Shown: piece after piece, positions 37,511 to 45,591 of the stretch
Numbering within the stretch: position 1 is the first letter of the stretch
Layout of the letters: each line of letters starts with the position of its first letter
Assembly (NCBI GenBank): GCA_007118145.1
Contig: SKSD01000056.1
Coordinates: 19,851 to 83,850, forward strand
Length of the DNA: 64,000 nt
Direction of reading: 5' to 3'
Origin: Halobacteriales archaeon
GTDB taxonomy: Archaea > Halobacteriota > Halobacteria > Halobacteriales > SKSH01
Translations under genes and position numbers: made by a program
Notes under the pieces: model-generated
What the model was told of the DNA's origin: nothing
What the model saw: only the letters and a program-made list of their open reading frames with translations
Database searches by the model: none

Positions 37511-37741
37511 ATGGTCACCGTCTACGTCATGATCAAGGCAAACACGGGCGAAGCCGACCGGCTACGCCGTGAGATCGAGGAGCTTGATGGCGTCGACCGC
37601 GCATATATCGTCGCCGGTGACGTCGATATCGTGGTGCGTGCCAGACTCGAATCCACCGCAGATGTGAAGGATCTCGTCGCCGATGGGATGCATGCGATCA
37701 GCGGCGTGGCCGATACGAGCACCTACATCGCGATGGGCTAA
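37511..37741 (+). CDS. stand-alone Lrp/AsnC ligand-binding (RAM) domain protein
   Basis: MVTVYVMIKANTGEADRLRREIEELDGVDRAYIVAGDVDIVVRA... The ATG lies 2 nt after the trkA stop. Confidence 0.75.
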   Translation: MVTVYVMIKANTGEADRLRREIEELDGVDRAYIVAGDVDIVVRARLESTADVKDLVADGMHAISGVADTSTYIAMG

Positions 37742-38229
37742 CCCGAGGACTGGGTGCCGTGTTTGCCCCTGCCGATGGCTGTCTCGAGTAGGTCGCCAAG
37801 CGGTGTATCATACGTGTAGCCGGGGATCGCCCCCTGAACGTACGTCCCGATGGCGTACTCGATGAGTGCCTTGGCATCATCGACGGCTGTACTCGGTGTG
37901 TCCGACTCGATGGTGTACGTGACGACTACCTCGGTGTCAGATCGTCCCACCTCTGCCCCCGCAGCGGCCGTGCTTCGTGTCACATCGTATCCCTCCAGCA
38001 GTCGTCGTTCGAGCGTGTCGAACCAGGCATCCTCGACGACAGGCGATGGTTCGTCATCGGTGACCACTTCACCTAGTGTCGGTATCCACACACGTACCCT
38101 GAGGGTGCTACCATGGACGGACACCGATGACTCCAGTGCTGCGCTGGTGAGTCGGAACGTCCCATCATCAGCCTCAAAAGTCGGATGTGACTCGAGTGCA
38201 TCGGTGAGTGCGACCTCCACATCTCCCAT
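37738..38229 (-). CDS. acidic hypothetical protein of haloarchaeal character
   Basis: 163 aa with an acidic composition. No motif recognised. Confidence 0.5.
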   Translation of the reverse strand: MGDVEVALTDALESHPTFEADDGTFRLTSAALESSVSVHGSTLRVRVWIPTLGEVVTDDEPSPVVEDAWFDTLERRLLEGYDVTRSTAAAGAEVGRSDTEVVVTYTIESDTPSTAVDDAKALIEYAIGTYVQGAIPGYTYDTPLGDLLETAIGRGKHGTQSSG

Positions 38230-38433
38230 ACAATATCGACCTCAGGCTGGGCGTTTCATGGTTTCGCTACGGCAACGTGTGGCAGTGTGCAGGTGCGCTC
38301 GGTGTTCATTCCTGGTGAGTGATTCCCGGTTAGGTAATGATTGATGCACATGCAAGGATGGCGTGGCGAGCTTTCGGCCGATCTAATCGGCCTGGGGTAT
38401 CTGATGGGCGTGGTCGAGAGATCCGTAATAATT

Positions 38434-38480
38434 ATATTAGTGTATGCTAATATTAGCGTATAGTAATATGAGTATGCTCA
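38434..38480. promoter_or_regulatory. three imperfect AT-rich direct repeats of about 16 nt spanning the arsR promoter and start region
   Basis: ATATTAGTGTATGCTA / ATATTAGCGTATAGTA / ATATGAGTATGCTCA, back to back. Candidate ATGs at 38444, 38468 and 38474 lie inside them. Confidence 0.4.
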
Positions 38481-38842
38481 CATCAGATGATGATGCAAGT
38501 GTCGATGGGGTTTGTCAGAACACACGCTGTTGTGTGGCTGAACATCCCCTCACTGAGGATGGACTGGCTGAGGATATCCGCGTCCTCGGAGCCCTCAGCA
38601 ACGAGACCAGATATGAGGCACTTCGACTGATTGCTCAGGCCGACGATGGTGTCTGTGTCTGTGAGTTGCAACCAGCACTCGGTGTGACACAGGGGGCGGT
38701 CAGTCAGGCACTCTCGCGGTTGTATGGAGCTGGATTGGTGACTCGACGGAAGGAGGGGCGCTGGCGATATTACGAGGCAGCTCCGAAGGCACACACACTG
38801 TTGGATATCCTCGACGAGATCCGTGGTGGTGAACATGCGTGA
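38468..38842 (+). CDS. arsR: ArsR-family metalloregulator
   Basis: LGALSNETRYEALRLIA...VCVCELQPALGVTQGAVSQALSRLYGAGLV. The start is uncertain (38444, 38468 or 38474). Confidence 0.8.
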   Translation: MSMLTSDDDASVDGVCQNTRCCVAEHPLTEDGLAEDIRVLGALSNETRYEALRLIAQADDGVCVCELQPALGVTQGAVSQALSRLYGAGLVTRRKEGRWRYYEAAPKAHTLLDILDEIRGGEHA

Positions 38843-39653
38843 GGAGTCGACTCCCTCTGCTGAGCTCGATCACGATGACCACCGTATCAGTGTAAGAGAA
38901 CGGTACGCATCGATCGCCACCGAGGGGGCGACATGTTGCGGTGATTCGACCTCACCATCGCAGGAATGTTGCGGTCCCGAGGTGAAGGGATACACCTCTG
39001 AAGATCTCGAGGCGGTGGCGGTGGAGATGAACCTCGGTTGTGGCAATCCGGTGGGACTGGCGAGCCTCGATGATGGGGATACCGTCCTCGATCTCGGTTC
39101 AGGAGCGGGTTTCGACTGTTTCATCGCGGCACAGGCTGTCGGAGAGGAGGGGACTGTCATCGGTGTGGACATGACCACGGAGATGGTCGACCGTGCACGC
39201 AGTGCTATCGATGAACACAATATCTCGAATGTCGAGTTCCGTCTGGGCGAGATCGAGCAGCTCCCGGTGGCAGATGCCTCGGTCGATGTCATCATCTCAA
39301 ACTGCGTGGTCAACCTCTCACCAGACAAGCCGCAGGTGTTTGCCGAGGCGTTTCGGGTACTCAGACCTGGGGGTCGACTCGCCATAGCAGATGTCGTCTC
39401 GATGGTACCACTCCCACCTTCGGTTCGTGGTGATCCAACCTCACTCGCTGCCTGTATCGCAGGTGCATCGACCGTGTCCGAGCTCGAATCAATGCTCGTC
39501 GAGGCGGGATTCACCGAGATCACTGTCGAACCACAACGCGATAGCGAGACGTTTATCACCGAGTGGGATGTCGAGCGCGATTTGAGCGAGTACATCGTGT
39601 CGGCACACATAGAGGGTCGAAAACCAGATACAGCGAGTTCATCGAACGGCTGA
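38835..39653 (+). CDS. arsM: arsenite S-adenosylmethionine methyltransferase
   Basis: Cys pairs CCGDS...CCGPE and SAM motif VLDLGSGAGFDCF. The ATG overlaps the arsR stop (ATGCGTGA). Confidence 0.8.
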   Translation: MREESTPSAELDHDDHRISVRERYASIATEGATCCGDSTSPSQECCGPEVKGYTSEDLEAVAVEMNLGCGNPVGLASLDDGDTVLDLGSGAGFDCFIAAQAVGEEGTVIGVDMTTEMVDRARSAIDEHNISNVEFRLGEIEQLPVADASVDVIISNCVVNLSPDKPQVFAEAFRVLRPGGRLAIADVVSMVPLPPSVRGDPTSLAACIAGASTVSELESMLVEAGFTEITVEPQRDSETFITEWDVERDLSEYIVSAHIEGRKPDTASSSNG

Positions 39654-39820
39654 TGCTGCCTATTAACGCAACCAATCAGAATCCCTGGGGCTGTCGCGGT
39701 TACTCCCCGGCTACCTGATGTCTGAGGGAGTTAGCACGATCTTCCGGAAATCTTCATCATGACTGTTGAGGGTCAACCCTCACCATTCAACCAAATAGTT
39801 AAATAATTGTTCACCGTTCA

Positions 39821-39838
39821 TTCAACTGGATGGTTGAA
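39821..39838. promoter_or_regulatory. palindrome TTCAAC-N6-GTTGAA overlapping the ATG of the second ArsR gene
   Basis: ttcaactggatggttgaa is a perfect 6-bp inverted repeat. A related CATTCAACC lies at 39784-39792. Confidence 0.4.
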
Positions 39839-40168
39839 CGACCAGAGGACGATGCCGATCTGGACTCGATATTCCAGGCACTGGCCCATCCCACTCGGCG
39901 GGCACTCATCGAGCAACTCGCCGGTGGACCGGCGAACGTGTCGACGCTTGCAGAACCACATGACATGTCGCTCGCGGCGGTGTCAAAGCACCTGCAGGTC
40001 CTCGAGGAAGCCGGCCTCATCGAGGTCGAACCAGAGGGTCGGGTGAGACGCTGTCATCTCGATGGCACACCGCTGAGTGCAGCCTTTGGCTGGCTCACGC
40101 GGTACCGCATCTTCTGGGAAGACCGGTTCGACGCACTTGAAGACCATCTGGAGCAGGAACACCAATGA
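39830..40168 (+). CDS. ArsR/SmtB-family transcriptional regulator
   Basis: IFQALAHPTRRALIEQLAGGPANVSTLAEPHDMSLAAVSKHLQVLEEAGLI. Confidence 0.8.
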   Translation: MVERPEDDADLDSIFQALAHPTRRALIEQLAGGPANVSTLAEPHDMSLAAVSKHLQVLEEAGLIEVEPEGRVRRCHLDGTPLSAAFGWLTRYRIFWEDRFDALEDHLEQEHQ

Positions 40169-40235
40169 CATCAATTCCATACGAAGCGGTACCGCAGACG
40201 AACTTCCCTGATGCCCCCATCACCGAGGTCCGACC

Positions 40236-41162
40236 ATGACCGATGTCGATACCTCTGCGACGAGCCTCACCGTCCGCCGCGTGATCGACGCCCCTCAAGC
40301 ACAGGTATGGAGGGCGTTCACCATTCCAGACGAGTTAGCATCGTGGCAATCGATCGGCAACCTCGAGGTGATCGTCCACCAACTCGACGTCACCGTCGGT
40401 GGCCAGTTGGCGCTCACACATGATCACGGATCGATGCGAGTCGAGATCGAGGGGGAGTACCTCGAGGTGAGCGAGCCCGAACGGCTCGTCCACACCTGGC
40501 GCATGGTCGAGGGACCTCTCGGTGATGATGAGACTCGAATCACCGTCGAGCTCACACCGGTCGACGGTGGGACCGAGGTCGTCTTCACACACGACGAGAT
40601 CGACCCTGAGGTGTTCGACGCAGCCCACGTCGAAGGGACGGCGGCTGGCTGGGTGAGCATGCTCAACCGGCTGGCGGCCACCATCGACGGTGGGTTCGAC
40701 TACAGCGTGTACGATACGACAATTGAGCGGACGTTCGACGCACCGGTCGAGCGTGTCTGGCAGGCGTGGACAGATCCCACGGAGGTATCACAGTGGTGGG
40801 GTCCGACTCACTTCACGGTGCCACACTGCGAGATCGAGCTCAAGTCTGGTGGCACGTACGAGATACACATGGCCGATCCCGAGGGGAACATCTACCCTGA
40901 TAACGGTGAGGTCGTCGAGCTAGACGAACCCGAACGGCTCGTCCTCCTGAGCAGGGCTTTCGAGACGACAGATGGTCACCAACTCGAGGTGTTGAACACA
41001 ATCACCTTCACCGGCCGTGGTGAACAGACAGACGTGACACTCGAGGCAGAGGTGCGCAAAGCCTCGCCAGCGATCGATGACGCACTCGGTGGGATGGAAC
41101 TAGGCTGGAAGCAGAGCTTCAGTAAGCTCGACACACACCTGGATGTTGAGATGAGTGTCTAA
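40236..41162 (+). CDS. tandem SRPBCC (AHSA1/Aha1-like) domain protein
   Basis: Two halves each begin with the family pattern: RRVIDAPQAQVWRAFTIPDELASW and ERTFDAPVERVWQAWTDPTEVSQWW. Confidence 0.75.
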   Translation: MTDVDTSATSLTVRRVIDAPQAQVWRAFTIPDELASWQSIGNLEVIVHQLDVTVGGQLALTHDHGSMRVEIEGEYLEVSEPERLVHTWRMVEGPLGDDETRITVELTPVDGGTEVVFTHDEIDPEVFDAAHVEGTAAGWVSMLNRLAATIDGGFDYSVYDTTIERTFDAPVERVWQAWTDPTEVSQWWGPTHFTVPHCEIELKSGGTYEIHMADPEGNIYPDNGEVVELDEPERLVLLSRAFETTDGHQLEVLNTITFTGRGEQTDVTLEAEVRKASPAIDDALGGMELGWKQSFSKLDTHLDVEMSV

Positions 41163-41274
41163 CATGAATGACGACCATGTGGTCGCAGGTGGACAGGCGA
41201 CGTTGAGCGCCTCCGTTGGCCACCTGAGGGTGCGGGGATCGCCGATGGTAAACACACCTGCGCGATAGGTGCGA

Positions 41275-41361
41275 TGCGAGGGATGGGATTCGAACCCACG
41301 ACGGGGCTACCCCCAGCGGGTCTTAAGCCCGCCGCCTTTGGCCTGGCTCGGCCACCCTCGC
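41275..41361 (-). tRNA. tRNA-Leu (anticodon UAA), long variable arm
   Basis: The reverse complement gives GCGAGGG...GCGGG-CTTAAGA-CCCGC, variable arm TGGGGGTAGCCCCGTC, T-arm GTGGG-TTCGAAT-CCCAT, and CCCTCGC-A. Confidence 0.85.
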
Positions 41362-41419
41362 GAGTCAAGAGACGACCTCTGGGTTAGAGTACTTGGGGTA
41401 TCCGTCCGTCGCCTCGTCG

Positions 41420-41722
41420 CTAGCTATCGGCGAAGGCGTATAACATCGTACCGATTACGACCATCCCGATCCCGACGAACATATAGAGATCGTACCCCTC
41501 GACGACCCAAAACGGTGTGAGGATGAAGATCAGACCGAAGGCGACGATGTTGAGCGAGAGGACCTTCCTCGAGCGAAGCGGTATCGCTGCGAGCATCACG
41601 AGGACGAACAGCAAGACGAGTACATGGCCTGCGTGATAGTCGAAGAGGAACTGGTCGATCACCGCAAGTGGGGCAAGCTGGTTGACGAGACCGACCCCTG
41701 CGAGTGTCGCAGCCGTCATCAC
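41420..41722 (-). CDS. small membrane protein (3 TM helices)
   Basis: 100 aa, hydrophobic. Confidence 0.5.
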   Translation of the reverse strand: MMTAATLAGVGLVNQLAPLAVIDQFLFDYHAGHVLVLLFVLVMLAAIPLRSRKVLSLNIVAFGLIFILTPFWVVEGYDLYMFVGIGMVVIGTMLYAFADS

Positions 41723-41773
41723 GTGAGAGATGCGTCCGTGTCACTTTGAACGTTCCGTATTTCGGATGGCAAC

Positions 41774-42808
41774 TCACTTGGTGAAGAAGGTCTCGCGTCC
41801 TGGCCAAGTGAGAATGATTGCTGACGTGGCGATACCACCGATGAGGACGGTCAACCAGTAGACAGCGAAGCGATACAAGATGGCGATCGCCGTCGCCTGT
41901 GCGATCGAAACACCGGCGATGAGGAAGAGCAGCCCAGCGATGGTGAACTCCACTCCGCCGAGGCCGCCTGGAAGTGGGACGATGAAGCCGAGTTTGCTCA
42001 GGGCGATAATGAGCATGGCAAGGAAGATCGATAGCTCGATACCCATCGCATACGCGGTGACCACGATCGGGAGCATGAGGAATATCCACGCTGTATGGCC
42101 GTAGATGAGCCCGGCGATGAGCATCGGGCGATCGTCCAGGACGGTATCGACCGTCTCGTAAAATCCAGAGACACGCTCTCGTAGCCCGACCGCAGTGAAC
42201 TCCTCACCATACGCGATCCCCAGGCGGTTGAGCAACCAGCCGATTGGTGATAAAATGATGATGACGAGTCGTTCGGTGAGATGTCGCTTGAACAGTACCA
42301 GCCAGAACATCAGGATGAGGAACGCGATGATGACGGCCGAGCCGAGGAGGTATATCTCGACGTTGGGAAACGGAGCGGCACCGAGGGCGACGTACGCCAA
42401 GCCGACCGCACCGAAGGTGTAGTACGGCGAGTAGGTAAACAGATCCGCACTGATGATGGCAGCCAGGTTTCGCTCGTAGTCGGCCTCGGTGAACGACGAG
42501 ACGTACAGGGCGATCGCCGGTGTCGCCGTGACCTGCCCGTATGGAGAGATATACTTGAAGAACTTCGCAGAGAGGAAGATACCAGAGATGGTGATGCGAG
42601 AGAGGTCGTGCTTGAGCACACCCAGGAGATGCACCCAGACCATACTCCTGAGGCTGAGGGCGATGACAGTCAGACCGAACGCGAGGGCGTAGGTGGTGGC
42701 ATCAGTCCGGTTGACCGCGTCGATGACATCATCCCAGCCAACGAGCGTGACGAACAATGCCAGCACGCCGATGGCGATGGTGAATCCCAGGATGACGCGT
42801 TTTTTCAT
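41774..42808 (-). CDS. flippase-like / UPF0104 (lysyl-PG synthase TM-domain-like) membrane protein
   Basis: 344 aa with about 8 TM helices. MKKRVILGFTIAIGVLALFVTLVGWDDV... is typical of that family. Confidence 0.65.
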   Translation of the reverse strand: MKKRVILGFTIAIGVLALFVTLVGWDDVIDAVNRTDATTYALAFGLTVIALSLRSMVWVHLLGVLKHDLSRITISGIFLSAKFFKYISPYGQVTATPAIALYVSSFTEADYERNLAAIISADLFTYSPYYTFGAVGLAYVALGAAPFPNVEIYLLGSAVIIAFLILMFWLVLFKRHLTERLVIIILSPIGWLLNRLGIAYGEEFTAVGLRERVSGFYETVDTVLDDRPMLIAGLIYGHTAWIFLMLPIVVTAYAMGIELSIFLAMLIIALSKLGFIVPLPGGLGGVEFTIAGLLFLIAGVSIAQATAIAILYRFAVYWLTVLIGGIATSAIILTWPGRETFFTK

Positions 42809-42985
42809 GTCAACTGTCCGTTACTGTAACCAACTTTGCTGCCTCCCAAGAACCTTCCTTTCTGGCTGTGAGACACACGGTTATCACCCGATCGTGGTGG
42901 CCGTGGTGTTCAACGTGACCTCTGGAGTCATCCCTGTAGACCCTTGAGTCGGGTGGGAGCCGGCCAGGTCGAGACATCCGACTCC

Positions 42986-43928
42986 CTAGGTGGACATCTC
43001 GCCAGTGATGACCCATAGATCGAATCCGTCTGCCTGTTCGTCCACCTGCAGATGGAGCGATCCATCACCGACGGCGAGGGTGAATCGCACCTGGATCGGG
43101 TCGGTCGATCGCACGTCTTCATCGAAGTCGAATGCCTCCCATTGGTTCGAAGAAGTTAATCCCGTGTCGTGACAGCAAGGCAAACACCTCGGTGTTCGCG
43201 ATGAGACCGCTACCGAAGATGCCTTGACCATCTTCGATGCAGTTGGTACACCGCGTTTGATACTGCGTGGCGAATCGATTGTCACAGGTAGGACAGATTT
43301 CCTCGCTCGTCTCATGCTCTACGCAGACCGTCCACCACTGCTCTATCGCCGCCAAGGACGCCGGACACGTGCCGGCTGCCCGGGCCATCAGCTGCAGATT
43401 TCCCCACGACAAGGTCGCCTGGTGTGCCTCCTTGGGCGATCGCACCATCACACCAGCTGGTCGGCGGCGCCCCGTCAAGGTGGCAGGATTTGCCCTCGAC
43501 GGTCGACTCACGCACCTTCCAGTGATACGGACCAGTACCTTCGGTGCAATAATACTCCAACATCTCCTTTGCGTAGGTAACCACTACCGGAGCATCACAG
43601 AACGTACACGGTACATCGATTTGTGTCGGATCGATGCTCGGGTCCTCAATAACTACCCCACTGAGGACTGACTTGATGACACGAGATCTCTAACGGCGAA
43701 GCGAGTATCCTTCCTCGTTCTTACGGACAGAATGACCGACTAGCTTTTCGAGGTGGGTGTTGAACTGGCCACCCTGATGGCTGCCCACTTGATCCCCTAT
43801 CTCGATGAACGAGATCAGTCCGTCTGCCTCGCCTAGCCCCCGAGGATCTCAATACGGCTCGCGTTGCCCAGCAACGAGAACGCATCGTCGGGCGAAAGTG
43901 TGAGCGACCCACCCGACTCGGTTGACAT
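42986..43928 (-). pseudogene. decayed wHTH (ArsR-like) regulator with a Cys-rich C-terminal half
   Basis: MSTESGGSLTLSPDDAFSLLGNASRIEIL, then a frameshift at the C5/G5 run 43837-43841. Next LGEADGLISFIEIGDQVGSHQGGQFNTHLEKLVGHSVRKNEEGYSLRR, an in-frame TAG (43690-43692), then RSRVIKSVLSG...CTFCDAP...YYCTE. Two more frame changes lead into track ORFs 43119..43511 and 42986..43315. Confidence 0.7.
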
Positions 43929-44077
43929 ATGGGTGGTTGATTGACGGCCTCCATAATAAGTAGCTATTGCTGAAGTTTGATTTCTGTCGACTCAGCAATT
44001 CGATGGTAACCTTAAGTCGTCCGTAGTCGGGTCATACATGGGTGATATCAACGACGATGGTTTCGTCCCGCCGTGTC

Positions 44078-44287
44078 CTATCCGACGAACACTGAGAGGA
44101 CAAGCCCCATGACGAAGATCCCGATGATGATACTGACCGCGTAGGCAATCATGAACCCGAGGGTCAACGCGATGGTCCGGAAGTATTGAGGTTTACCGAC
44201 GAACCATCCGATGAGCATGAGGTACACGGGGAGGAGAACGATACCGAAGATTACGTACAGACCGATGTGGGCGACCTCGTGTGTCAT
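44078..44287 (-). CDS. small membrane protein (2-3 TM helices) translationally coupled to the NrfD-like gene
   Basis: 69 aa. The start overlaps the upstream stop by 4 nt. Confidence 0.55.
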   Translation of the reverse strand: MTHEVAHIGLYVIFGIVLLPVYLMLIGWFVGKPQYFRTIALTLGFMIAYAVSIIIGIFVMGLVLSVFVG

Positions 44288-45591
44288 GCTTCCACCTCGG
44301 ATGGTTCGATTTCAACCAATGGAATCACCTTCGAGGCGAGCAGGAAGCCCAGCGCAACGAGGACGATCGTGCCAGAGAACAGTATCCACTCAGAGAGTGT
44401 CGGAGCGTACCATCCTGAGGGATATAGATTCGTCACCGGTGGGGAGGTGGGATGCATCAGGCCCTCCACGACGAACATAACCTTCTTGTTGAGGATAGTC
44501 ACCGCGAGGACCCCTGCGACCACGCCGATTGCGGCCACGTTGAAGAACCGCTCGGGCCACGCGATCATCGCGAACAGAGCGATGACTGACCCGATGAGGC
44601 CGGCGATGGCTATCCAGAAGAAGTGAAGCTCCAGCATGCCCGCCGTCATGGCCGCGATGTTCACTGGAGGCATGTAGTACCCGGTGAGGACGTTGTGTAG
44701 GGTGAACCAGAGGGTTCCGAGCGCGAGGAACGCCATAACGATAGCGAGATCGCGGAAGATGTGATCGTCGATGAAGTCGTGCCATCCGTAGGCGTATCTG
44801 ACAACCGCCGCTACGATGACGACACCTGCAACGGCACTCGTGAGCGACTCGGTCAACATGGCCGCACCGGCCGCAGCACCGAACCACCCGGGTTGGGCAC
44901 CGATGAGGCTGAACAACCAGGGAACGACCCCGCCAGAGAGCAGCGGGACGAGTGCGAGGATTGCAACTGCCATCCACCAAAGGATCTGCTCGATCTTCTC
45001 GTCCTCTGCCTCCGAATAACCCACGGTGATGAACGCGTAAATCGGGGTGAAGTACCGTGGCAATTGATCGCGGAGAGCGGCGATCTCAGAGCGGAGTGAG
45101 AGCGTCATATACGTCAGGGAAAGGACCAGGTACATCGACAACACCGCAATGTCCCACGCCAGGGGGGAGTGATGAACAGTCCACGGCCACATAATGATCG
45201 TGTTAAAGATTCGATCCGGTCGACCGAGATCAAGTACGACGTTGAACGCAGCCATGGCAAGTGCCAGCACGGTCAACACCTCTGCAATACGGGCGATGAC
45301 CTGGTAGCGATCGATACTGAGGACGCGCACAGCTGCGGAGATTGCGATACCTCCGTGAGCCACGCCAATCCACCAGACGAAGCCACCGATGTACAGCCCC
45401 CATGGGACCTCGCCAGAGATGCCCCAGTCACCGAGTCCAGTCACTGCGAATATGCCGTATGTGAGCTGATGGCTCCATGCCTCTAACGCAATCAAGATCC
45501 AGAGGAGCAACAGTCCGAGTACGATCCAGAACTGCCTCGTCGTCTCCTTAAGAGGCTGTAAGACCTGTTCTGCGTCGATCTCTTCGGTCAT
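44284..45591 (-). CDS. NrfD/PsrC-family polytopic membrane (quinol-interacting) subunit
   Basis: 435 aa, many TM helices, with the DLGRPDR motif typical of NrfD/PsrC proteins. 4-nt overlap with the FeS gene. Confidence 0.75.
   Translation of the reverse strand: MTEEIDAEQVLQPLKETTRQFWIVLGLLLLWILIALEAWSHQLTYGIFAVTGLGDWGISGEVPWGLYIGGFVWWIGVAHGGIAISAAVRVLSIDRYQVIARIAEVLTVLALAMAAFNVVLDLGRPDRIFNTIIMWPWTVHHSPLAWDIAVLSMYLVLSLTYMTLSLRSEIAALRDQLPRYFTPIYAFITVGYSEAEDEKIEQILWWMAVAILALVPLLSGGVVPWLFSLIGAQPGWFGAAAGAAMLTESLTSAVAGVVIVAAVVRYAYGWHDFIDDHIFRDLAIVMAFLALGTLWFTLHNVLTGYYMPPVNIAAMTAGMLELHFFWIAIAGLIGSVIALFAMIAWPERFFNVAAIGVVAGVLAVTILNKKVMFVVEGLMHPTSPPVTNLYPSGWYAPTLSEWILFSGTIVLVALGFLLASKVIPLVEIEPSEVEA

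Noticed and set aside
38870-39610. 246-aa minus-strand ORF over arsM
   Set aside because: It is antisense to a gene with clear SAM-binding and Cys-pair motifs, and its translation is Ser/Thr-rich.
41424-42089. 221-aa minus-strand ORF overlapping the small membrane gene and the flippase-like gene
   Set aside because: It is out of frame relative to two hydrophobic, clearly membrane-protein ORFs, and its translation is Arg/His/Pro-rich.
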